The notes beneath the pieces were generated by a model. That model searched no databases and had not been told where the DNA came from. It saw only the letters and a program-made list of their open reading frames with translations. From a virus, in IMG/VR virus record IMGVR_UViG_3300045988_093281: 40,142 bases of DNA; one strand, written 5' to 3'. Within the stretch, counting starts at the first letter, position 1. The number at the start of each line of letters is the position of its first letter. The position numbers were made by a program, and so were the translations under genes. Of the stretch, positions 32,894 through 39,738 are shown piece after piece.

Positions 32894-33130
32894 GGGTAAG
32901 GGCTTTTTGCGCCCATTTCCACCCGTTCCAGCGTGTAATGGGTCCCTATATACATTTTCCCGTCTCCCCGGATTCGCTGGTTTGGGGCAACTGCGCCCTT
33001 TTCCCCTGGTACCGGCCCCGCCGGTGCCGGGTATGGGATAACTGCGCTATTTTGGAGGCGGTGCCATGTCTATTTGTTCTGTCCTCCCTGGCTTGTCCTT
33101 GGGTATGGGCAACCTGCGCCCATTTTCTCC
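32894..33130. repeat. Four about 26-bp iterons, consensus GGGTWTGGGCAACTGCGCCCWTTTYC
   Basis: Copies at 32894-32920, 32979-33004, 33029-33055 and 33101-33130, all in the same orientation. Start-to-start spacings are 85, 50 and 72 bp. Confidence 0.75.
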
Positions 33131-33135
33131 CCTTG

Positions 33136-33243
33136 CCGGTTTCTTCCGGTGTTATGTCACCCTGCTCCATTTCTTCCCCGGGTTTTTCCCGGTTTCGCAA
33201 ATTTTCTCCGGTTCTCGGCTCCCGCCCGTGAGGTCTCCGGTTT
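33136..33243. repeat. Cluster of short (T)CCGGTT(T/C) motifs
   Basis: Copies near 33136, 33146, 33189, 33208 and 33237, followed by an A-rich tract at 33253-33266. Confidence 0.4.
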
Positions 33244-33336
33244 TGTCTGGATCAAAAAAACAAAAAGATTCTCTCTCCCCGCCGCCGCGCCGCGCAACCG
33301 TTCGCGCTGCCGGGACAAAAAGTTCCCATTCATGCA

Positions 33337-33374
33337 GAAAAAGCCGCTATGCATAGTGCATAACGGCTTTTTTC
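33337..33374. terminator. Bidirectional terminator
   Basis: AAAAA-GCCGcTATGCA-tag-TGCATAaCGGC-TTTTTT. Confidence 0.8.
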
Positions 33375-33375
33375 T

Positions 33376-33834
33376 TTATCCTTCTCCAAATGCTTTTTCG
33401 TATTCTTCCATGCGCAGATTTTCCAGCGCCCAGTATCGTGCATCATCTTCCGACATGAGTTCCCGGCTCCGCTTCTGCGCAATCTGTAGCCCCTCTTTGC
33501 TTCCCCCGGCCCGTTCCGTTGTAATCAGGTGGTAGTTCCCGTCTCCGTCCCGGCACAGCGCTTCTTCCTTTGTTTTCCTCGCGACCTCATACCATACGCC
33601 AAACTCTTCCCCTGCTCCAAGGCTCCTTACCTTTATCGGCGTTCGATCCTCCTGCGTCTCTACAATTTCCCGCAGGATTTCCAAAGCCGCTGCGCAACCG
33701 CCCTGCGTTTTTGCTTCCGTCACTTTGATTACGCCGTTTTCGCCGCGCCGGTATCTTGTACATTGTGCCGCCCCTGTCCTTACGTTCTCCACCGTCACTA
33801 CCACGGTGTAGCTTTCCTCTACTCTGCTGCTCAT
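33376..33834 (-). CDS. 152-aa hypothetical protein; last gene of the early arm
   Basis: Internal ATG 33834 behind AAAGGAGAA. Translation MSSRVEESYTVVVTVENVRTG... Confidence 0.65.
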   Translation of the reverse strand: MSSRVEESYTVVVTVENVRTGAAQCTRYRRGENGVIKVTEAKTQGGCAAALEILREIVETQEDRTPIKVRSLGAGEEFGVWYEVARKTKEEALCRDGDGNYHLITTERAGGSKEGLQIAQKRSRELMSEDDARYWALENLRMEEYEKAFGEG

Positions 33835-33952
33835 GTTGTTCTCCTTTCTGTCTGACTTTTTCTGTTTGCTTTCTCTGGCAATTCTCTGTATTTTTGCCGG
33901 CGCTTCCCCGTTCCCGGGAATCCTTTTCCCCCGGAACCCTCGCAAACAATTT

Positions 33953-34273
33953 TCAATTTTTGGAGGGGGGGTATAAATACCCCAGCTTTGTTGCCACCAG
34001 CCGCATAAAACGCCGGTTGTAATGTGCCGCCCGCTCATGCCCGTACCCCACCGCAAAAGCCGCCCCGTCCAGCGTGTGCGTCCCCTTGATGTGGTACATC
34101 TCCAGCATATTGTATACCGGCTCCATGCCCTCCGTCCGCTTTACTTCCTCCAGTGCCGCTGTTACAGCATCCACTTCCGCCCGCTGCCTTGGCGGCAGCT
34201 TGTCGTATTCTTTTTTTCGCCGCGTATAGGCCCTCAGTGCAATCCGCACCTGCGCCCACCAGTCAGCTTTCAT
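33953..34273 (-). CDS. 106-aa putative transcription regulator (sigma region-4-like HTH); candidate late activator
   Basis: HTLDGAAFAVGYGHERAAHYNRRFMRLVATKLGY resembles sigma r4 / RinA-ArpU-type HTH. The call is weak. Confidence 0.5.
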   Translation of the reverse strand: MKADWWAQVRIALRAYTRRKKEYDKLPPRQRAEVDAVTAALEEVKRTEGMEPVYNMLEMYHIKGTHTLDGAAFAVGYGHERAAHYNRRFMRLVATKLGYLYPPSKN

Positions 34274-34556
34274 GGTTTTTTCCCATGTTCCAGGCCCAGC
34301 CGCTGACCCCCTCGCATTTTTTGCAGTGGAGATGGTTGCAGTATTTGCAGCCCTCTTTTTTCAGCTGCTCCATGGCCTGTGGAAACATATCTCCGTACCA
34401 TTTTGTCATGCCCAGCAGCGCCCCGAAGCTGGTTGCCACGCCCTGGATGTCCCGGGAGAAGTCCGCTTGAATCCCATCAATTTTACTTTTGTTGCTGATG
34501 GGCGCACTGCCCCCTTGGCTTTTCGTCGCGTCCATTGTTACGATTTTTTTGCCCAT
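34263..34556 (-). CDS. 97-aa hypothetical protein with a C-terminal Cys/His cluster
   Basis: Internal ATG 34556 behind AAAGGAG. Ends ..EGCKYCNHLHCKKCEG... Confidence 0.6.
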   Translation of the reverse strand: MGKKIVTMDATKSQGGSAPISNKSKIDGIQADFSRDIQGVATSFGALLGMTKWYGDMFPQAMEQLKKEGCKYCNHLHCKKCEGVSGWAWNMGKNHES

Positions 34557-34646
34557 ATTCGTCTCCTTTCTGCGGCCCCTTTTTGTATTCCGCCGGGGCC
34601 TGGCGGTCTGATGTCCCGTTGCTCTCGTCCCTGGAACCAGAGGATG

Positions 34647-34689
34647 GAGTTGCACCACCCGGACGTGTATTGCGTTTGTGAGTTGCACC
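34647..34689. repeat. Direct repeat GAGTTGCACC(N)CCGG x2 downstream of rep; candidate nick site / origin element
   Basis: GAGTTGCACC at 34647-34656 and at 34680-34689, within a 256-bp ORF-free gap. Confidence 0.5.
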
Positions 34690-34812
34690 CCGGCATTCAT
34701 CCGTCGTGGTGCCTGTGTCCGCCGCTCGGCCCTGGTGTATTTAGCCGGGAGGCCGATTTGAACGGCCTTCTGTGGAGGAGGAGGATCTCCACTCGCTTCC
34801 TGCCCCGGCATT

Positions 34813-35604
34813 TTATTTCTTAACTTTTCGTTTCGGCGGCATCCGTTTCCCGTCCCGCCGGTAGAGCCGTGCGAACAGGTAAACGCTCCCGTACTCGTCG
34901 GAGTGAAACTGGTTGATGTCCGCGATTTCATATCCTGGGAAGATTTCGTTCCACGCATTAAATTCTCCGTCCGCCAGCTCCAGCGCCTTCTTCCGGCTCC
35001 TGACCTTCGTGTCACTGATTTCCGGCTCCGGATCAATCAGATTCCGGCTCCCGTTCCACGCTTTGTACGTGATCCGCTCCTCGTCCTTGTTGTGGTGAGA
35101 TTTTGTGATATACCCCACCAGTGCAGCCACCCCGTTTTGGTCAAATTGCAGCCGCTTTGAGTTGGCATACCCATTCCCCCAGAGCTTTTCCAGCTTGTCC
35201 CGGTCAATCCCACCGGAAAGGATCATGTGGACGTGATAGCGCCCTTTTTTACTTTTCTCCATCTGCCATACGTACTTCAGCTCGATCCCGGCTTTCTTGT
35301 ACTGCGCCCGCAGCTTCCGGATGTATTTTTGCAGTTCCTTTACTGCTTCCTCTTTGGTCGCCGGATTGTCCCGGTATGTAAGAGTTATGCTCAGGTCTTC
35401 CCAGCTAAAATTTGTATTGACGATCCTGGTTAGCCGTTCCCTCGCGTGTCTCTGGTTGAGTTTTGTTTGTACCTCCCGGCTCACCCTTTTTCTCGTCCGC
35501 TTCCCCGGGATCGGTTTCGCACATGGAACAACAGGATAGCAGTATGCATCCAGGTACTCGCCGCACCTGTAATATTTCAGCCGGTAGATTGTTTTCCCTA
35601 TCAT
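34813..35604 (-). CDS. rep: HUH-superfamily rolling-circle replication initiator
   Basis: Motif I LSITLTY, motif II (HUH) RYHVHMILSG and motif III VGYITKS (YxxK), in canonical order. 263 aa. Confidence 0.85.
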   Translation of the reverse strand: MIGKTIYRLKYYRCGEYLDAYCYPVVPCAKPIPGKRTRKRVSREVQTKLNQRHARERLTRIVNTNFSWEDLSITLTYRDNPATKEEAVKELQKYIRKLRAQYKKAGIELKYVWQMEKSKKGRYHVHMILSGGIDRDKLEKLWGNGYANSKRLQFDQNGVAALVGYITKSHHNKDEERITYKAWNGSRNLIDPEPEISDTKVRSRKKALELADGEFNAWNEIFPGYEIADINQFHSDEYGSVYLFARLYRRDGKRMPPKRKVKK

Positions 35605-35690
35605 TCCTGCTCCCCCCTTGTCCTTGACTTAATACACCTTACAAGCCTGATTCAGTGGTTTCCCACTGCTTCTTTTTGTGTTCCATTTTC

Positions 35691-36149
35691 TTACACTTCC
35701 TGTACCTCGATCCGGAATTTCTCCCGCATCAGCTTCTTTTTGATCTCATAGGTTCTGGTCTTCGTGGCCTTCGATTTCACGTCTTCTACTATATATAATG
35801 TATACCCGCCGTTTCCGTCCCGTTTTTTATAGGCAAAATCTGCCTTGTATACGATAGCCCGTACCCGCTCCCCGTCTGGCTTTGTGAATGCCTCCTGGAG
35901 CGTGAAGTTAACCTGGAGCCGCAAATCATCAATTTCGCCCGCTTCCCGCCTTGCCATCAGCTCCAGATATCGTTTCGCTTCTTTTTTGCTGTCAAATTTG
36001 ATTCCGTTTTCTTCCGTTTTGACGTTCCGATATTTCCCCGGTTTTGGCCGCTGGGCGGGAGCCGGTTTCCCCCGCTCCCGCTCTGCCATTTTTGCCATAA
36101 TCTGCTTCTGATACCGTTCCGGCAATTTTGAGATATCGTCGATTTGCAT
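35691..36149 (-). CDS. DUF1064-type PD-(D/E)xK nuclease-like protein, copy 1
   Basis: Internal ATG 36149 behind GGAGGTATTAC. IKFDSKKEAKRYLEL..YKADFAY..IVEDVKS matches the DUF1064 pattern. Confidence 0.8.
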   Translation of the reverse strand: MQIDDISKLPERYQKQIMAKMAERERGKPAPAQRPKPGKYRNVKTEENGIKFDSKKEAKRYLELMARREAGEIDDLRLQVNFTLQEAFTKPDGERVRAIVYKADFAYKKRDGNGGYTLYIVEDVKSKATKTRTYEIKKKLMREKFRIEVQEV

Positions 36150-36150
36150 C

Positions 36151-36351
36151 TCAGTAGTAATACCTCCATACCTCCCGGCCCTTCTTCTCCACCGGCTCAT
36201 AATCGGTGATAACACGGATCGTCGCCGCACTTTCTCCCTCTTTAATCATCTCGGCAACCTTCCTCATGCACTCCACCCGGTCTCCCGTCCTGAGCATCAG
36301 CTCCCCCGGCTCTCCGTATTCTGTTTTCAGCCGGTATACATTATATATCAT
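36151..36351 (-). CDS. 66-aa hypothetical protein
   Basis: ORF-track ORF, tightly packed (its stop abuts the next start). Confidence 0.6.
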   Translation of the reverse strand: MIYNVYRLKTEYGEPGELMLRTGDRVECMRKVAEMIKEGESAATIRVITDYEPVEKKGREVWRYYY

Positions 36352-36456
36352 CTGGCTTCTCTCGCTTTCTCGTCTCCGCCCCGAATTGCTGCGGATATCC
36401 CGCCCAGGTTATTTCTGTCCCGCAGTTCCTTCATGCAGCATGGACACGGTTTTAAG

Positions 36457-36801
36457 TTATTCATCATGTATCTCCTCGCTCCAGTATTTCTGTTCGCATT
36501 CTTCGCAGCCTGCGTCCCAGCACTTCATGCCTGTATCTACACACTTTGGGCATATTCTTATCGCCCCTTCTTTTGTCCTCATCGCATTCGGAAATTCCTT
36601 TAAAAACCTGCTCTGCCGTGTTTCCACCGGATGTTCCTTCGCCCACTGCTCAACAATTCCAATATGGCCCGCAAGCATTTCTGCGTTGCTGTATGCCATC
36701 CCGCAATTTCGCTTTGTTGCCTTATAAATCGGGCAGTCATAACAAACGTTCTGCTTTGAGCACATCCTGTGCAGCTCTTCCAGATATTTCACTGCGTCCA
36801 T
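36457..36801 (-). CDS. 114-aa Cys-rich hypothetical protein
   Basis: GAGGAACGAGA upstream. Contains CYDCP, CPKC and CEEC. Confidence 0.7.
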   Translation of the reverse strand: MDAVKYLEELHRMCSKQNVCYDCPIYKATKRNCGMAYSNAEMLAGHIGIVEQWAKEHPVETRQSRFLKEFPNAMRTKEGAIRICPKCVDTGMKCWDAGCEECEQKYWSEEIHDE

Positions 36802-36812
36802 TCTCGTTCCTC

Positions 36813-37112
36813 CTACATGCCAGGGTGGTTCCGGCTCCAGCTCCTCCGGGGGTCCTCTTTGCTCCGCTTGATCTGCCAGGCAAAGAGCTTGTCACCCGTC
36901 CCAGCCCACCACGTTGTCGCTGCATTGACGCTCAAAAGGTCTTCCAGCTGGCCGATTGTACGCGCTAAAATACATTCCCAGGCAAGCCAGACAGGCAGCC
37001 CGCTCCCCCGGTATTTAGCCATACTGTCGAGTGCTTCCCGGCACAGCCTGTTTGCCTCATTCCGGGAGAGGCCAATCGCCATTAACTGCTTTACAAAGGT
37101 TTTACGTCTCAT
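36813..37112 (-). CDS. 99-aa hypothetical protein
   Basis: ATG 37112 overlaps the upstream stop as ATGA. Translation MRRKTFVKQLMAIGLSRNEANRLCREALDS... Confidence 0.55.
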   Translation of the reverse strand: MRRKTFVKQLMAIGLSRNEANRLCREALDSMAKYRGSGLPVWLAWECILARTIGQLEDLLSVNAATTWWAGTGDKLFAWQIKRSKEDPRRSWSRNHPGM

Positions 37113-37438
37113 CCTTTCCCCCCGTCCATCTTCGCCCCGCAATTGGGGCAATAATTAAATGAGTATGCATTAGCATCTTTAGCATTGCTCCATCGTGCAT
37201 TAGCAGCTTTTAAAGCCCGTTCTGACTTTGCCCTATCTTGATCTTCAAAGCCCTCGCGGTACCGGTTTTCCCGATTTCTAACCCGTTTCCAATAGACCTT
37301 CTCAGTGCCATTAAGCTCCGGCTCCTGCCCTGACATGCTGTATTCCTGCAATGCCCGGATCAGTCGCCCGTACTCTGCGTCACTGAGCACATCCATTTCT
37401 TCCAGGTACTCAAATGGGAGTGCGGTATACTCTCTCAC
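37109..37438 (-). CDS. 109-aa protein with a replication-organizer-like N-terminus and a C-terminal zinc ribbon
   Basis: LSDAEYGRLIRALQEYSMSGQEPEL resembles N-terminal domains of phage/plasmid replication accessory proteins (from memory). Ends CPNCGAKM. Confidence 0.6.
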   Translation of the reverse strand: MREYTALPFEYLEEMDVLSDAEYGRLIRALQEYSMSGQEPELNGTEKVYWKRVRNRENRYREGFEDQDRAKSERALKAANARWSNAKDANAYSFNYCPNCGAKMDGGKG

Positions 37439-37451
37439 GATTTCACCCCCC

Positions 37452-37817
37452 CTAAGTCTCCAAAATTCTGATTTGATATCGCCAGAGCATCAGCTTCCGC
37501 TTGATGGTATACTCTGGAGTGCGTACGCCTTTACAATCCTCAACTACAGTCCTGCCGTCTTGCCGGTAAACAAAATCGGCTATGTAACGGCAAGGCCGCT
37601 CAATCACTTTGCCCGGGCGTTTACCGCCTCTAGGCCCCGTAATGTCCGGCTCTCTCTGCGCCGGGATTAGCTCAAATGCAATTTGCCTCCGCAGGTCTGT
37701 AATGCGTCCGGCAGCCTCTAAGATCTGCAACTCCCGGTATCGTTTAAATTCTTTCTGGCTGTCAAATGTCTGCCCGTCCGCCCGAATTTTACGGGCGTGA
37801 TACTTGTTATATCTCAT
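37452..37817 (-). CDS. DUF1064-type PD-(D/E)xK nuclease-like protein, copy 2
   Basis: MRYNKYHARKIRADGQTFDSQKEFKRYRELQ..YIADFVY..VVEDCKG. Confidence 0.85.
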   Translation of the reverse strand: MRYNKYHARKIRADGQTFDSQKEFKRYRELQILEAAGRITDLRRQIAFELIPAQREPDITGPRGGKRPGKVIERPCRYIADFVYRQDGRTVVEDCKGVRTPEYTIKRKLMLWRYQIRILET

Positions 37818-37820
37818 GAC

Positions 37821-38213
37821 TTAAAACAGCAAGTCGGAATCATCATCCGAAATATTGTCAAACGTCTGCGGTGCAGAATCGGTCTCGTTTTTTGCCTTGC
37901 TCCCAGCAAAATAGATGTTGCTGGCTACAACCTCATAGGCCGTCCGCTTGTTACCGTTCTTGTCCTCGTAGCGGCGACTGGTCAGTCGCCCGGAAACAAT
38001 CGCCATCTGGCCCTTCTCGAAGTATTTCTCGGCAAATTCCGCCGTCCCTCTCCAGGCCACGATAGGGATAAAATCAACGCCTCTCTCGCCATTCTGGGCC
38101 TTGTAGTCCTGATCAACAGCAAGGTTAAAGGATGATACCGCAATCCCGCTCTGTGTCCGTCTCAGCTCCGGGTCAGCCACAAGCCGCCCATCTAGTGTGA
38201 TGTGATTAAGCAT
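37821..38213 (-). CDS. ssb: Single-stranded DNA-binding protein
   Basis: OB-fold N-terminus MLNHITLDGRLVADPELRRTQSG and an acidic C-terminal tip DDDSDLLF. Confidence 0.95.
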   Translation of the reverse strand: MLNHITLDGRLVADPELRRTQSGIAVSSFNLAVDQDYKAQNGERGVDFIPIVAWRGTAEFAEKYFEKGQMAIVSGRLTSRRYEDKNGNKRTAYEVVASNIYFAGSKAKNETDSAPQTFDNISDDDSDLLF

Positions 38214-38625
38214 TGTGCCCTCCTTTATGGTATACCAGCCTGTCCGGATTCCACCCCGGATATCTGGCTCTCAAATAGTCCTCAATGATCCGCTTGTAAG
38301 CGGGTCGTAATGCGCTCTGGTCATACTGCCGGTGGCACCTGTCGCACAGCGTCACGATATTCTGCTCCACGCCCAGCCCCAGGGCGGAGCGTGGGATGTA
38401 GTGGCACCATGGGTTCCCCGGTGCGCCGCAGATAATGCAGCGCCCATTGTCTCGCTCCCGGACGATCCGTTTAACCTCTGCTGGGATAGAGGTGGCTCTT
38501 TTAACGCTCCCCATGCCAGCCCGTCCGCAATCGCCGCCAGCGCGCCCGCGCTCATCATCTTCCCTCTCGATATATACGCACTGATGCTTGACACTGACAC
38601 TCCGCTCTTTCTGCTTTGTTTTCAT
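38206..38625 (-). CDS. HNH endonuclease (early-arm copy)
   Basis: CIICG..WCHYIPRS..NIVTLCDRCHRQYD. Confidence 0.9.
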   Translation of the reverse strand: MKTKQKERSVSVKHQCVYIEREDDERGRAGGDCGRAGMGSVKRATSIPAEVKRIVRERDNGRCIICGAPGNPWCHYIPRSALGLGVEQNIVTLCDRCHRQYDQSALRPAYKRIIEDYLRARYPGWNPDRLVYHKGGHNA

Positions 38626-38963
38626 CCTTCTCTCCCCTTCCCCGTCATCGACATGACATAGTTCTCCAGCTTGAGGTACCCTGCCACCGTGACCCCCTTG
38701 TCGTTTCTCGCCTTGTCCAGCAGCTTTTCCCGCTCCCGGCTGGATACCTGCGCCATTGCGGCCAGATATCCGTCAAAGTTTTTCCCGTTGTCCATTTCTC
38801 GTCCCCCTCGGCATTTCTCGCACAGGATTCCCCCGTACAGTTTTTTCGTTTTCCCCATAATGCAGCGCAGCGGAACGTCCGTCTCCCGGAATGTATGCGT
38901 CTTTCTGTCCGGCTCCAGAATCCGGCCTCCGCATTGACTGCACCGGAAATACACGTCTCTCAT
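38622..38963 (-). CDS. 113-aa zinc-ribbon protein
   Basis: Internal ATG 38963 behind AAAGGGGAAAC. Contains CSQCGG..CEKC. Confidence 0.6.
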   Translation of the reverse strand: MRDVYFRCSQCGGRILEPDRKTHTFRETDVPLRCIMGKTKKLYGGILCEKCRGGREMDNGKNFDGYLAAMAQVSSREREKLLDKARNDKGVTVAGYLKLENYVMSMTGKGREG

Positions 38964-39072
38964 TGTTTCCCCTTTCGCGGGTGCTCCCCTGGCACGAGGG
39001 AGCACCCACATAGATAGGAGTGTATACCAGCCATTGGCCGGTTGGCATGATGACGCTCATGCGGGCGGCTGT

Positions 39073-39399
39073 TTACAGCATTCTGGTCAGGATCACCGTG
39101 CAGGCAATAATCAACACCCCCAAGGCCCCGGTGCAGACCCCGTAAAGGAATCTCCACGCGCCTGCTTCCTTCACGCGCTCAGTTTCCTCCGCTCTCGTCT
39201 TCCCGCAATGCACAATTCCCATAGTCCGCTGCTCTGCCTCCTTCGCCTGGTACTTCGGCATTGCCTTTTCCCACGCTCTGTCCCAGGCTTCGTTTGCCGC
39301 CTGCAATGCCGCCTCTGCCTTCTCCGCCCGGATTCTGTCCCGGTTCTCCTCAATTGCCTCCTGCACGATTTTCCTTGCTTCTTCTCGCGTTACTTCCAT
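39073..39399 (-). CDS. 108-aa coiled-coil protein with a C-terminal TM helix
   Basis: AAGGAGGAC upstream. Ends FLYGVCTGALGVLIIACTVIL. Confidence 0.7.
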   Translation of the reverse strand: MEVTREEARKIVQEAIEENRDRIRAEKAEAALQAANEAWDRAWEKAMPKYQAKEAEQRTMGIVHCGKTRAEETERVKEAGAWRFLYGVCTGALGVLIIACTVILTRML

Positions 39400-39412
39400 T
39401 GTCGTGTCCTCC

Positions 39413-39589
39413 TTATTGCTCCCCCCGGATTCTGTACGGCACCAGTGCCTTATACGTTTTGCTCCGGATTCTCTCCTGTTCCTTCGCTGCTCTGATTTTC
39501 TCCCGCTCCCTGCGGAACTTTATGTACCTCTCGCAGCTGTCGTGGCATACCCCGGTTCTCTCCCGGCAGTCCTTACACGGCGCGTTCAT
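39413..39589 (-). CDS. 58-aa Cys-rich mini-protein, paralog B
   Basis: Translation MNAPCKDCRERTGVCHDSCERYIKFRREREKIRAAKEQERIRSKTYKALVPYRIRGEQ. ATG 39589 overlaps the upstream stop as ATGA. Confidence 0.6.
   Translation of the reverse strand: MNAPCKDCRERTGVCHDSCERYIKFRREREKIRAAKEQERIRSKTYKALVPYRIRGEQ
39502..39589. repeat. 88-bp direct repeat, copy B (partner 394..481)
   Basis: 87 of 88 nt identical to 394..481. Confidence 0.9.
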
Positions 39590-39738
39590 GCCTCCACCCC
39601 ACAGAATTTCAAAAATGGAATCCTCGGTATCTTAGTCCGGTTTCCCGTCACCATCACCGGAAACCCCAGCAGTTCCTGCTGATCCCGATCCCAGCGATTG
39701 AAATCCGCAATTGGATCATCCGAATAATATCTCGCCAT
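39586..39738 (-). CDS. 50-aa hypothetical protein
   Basis: ATG 39738 overlaps the stop of the hexad-repeat gene (GTGATGG). Translation MARYYSDDPIADFNRWDRDQQELLGFPVMVTGNRTKIPRIPFLKFCGVEA. Confidence 0.5.
   Translation of the reverse strand: MARYYSDDPIADFNRWDRDQQELLGFPVMVTGNRTKIPRIPFLKFCGVEA

Noticed and set aside
32894-33130. CRISPR mini-array interpretation of the four 26-bp repeats
   Set aside because: The repeats are degenerate. Spacings are irregular (85, 50 and 72 bp start to start). There is no leader-like or cas context, so iterons fit better.
32860-33231. 123-aa plus-strand ORF (and the 84-aa minus-strand ORF 32946..33200) spanning the iteron region
   Set aside because: No SD. The composition is odd (Cys/Phe/Pro/Trp-rich). 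The apparent protein repeats (FCAHF, GNCALF, DNCAIL, TCAHF) are simply the DNA iterons read in frame, so the region is treated as non-coding.
33376-34056. 226-aa version of the last early gene (and long N-terminal extensions of 837..1307, 1372..1713, 30775..31251, 35691..36230 and 38622..39011)
   Set aside because: The extensions lack an SD, overlap upstream genes and are Arg/Gly-rich. Internal ATGs with strong GGAGG-type SDs give compact, coupled genes.
34263-35036. 257-aa minus-strand ORF
   Set aside because: Its upstream two-thirds overlaps rep in another frame and crosses the ORF-free gap with Arg/Pro/Gly-rich junk. Only the 3' 97 codons, from the SD-preceded ATG at 34556, are called.
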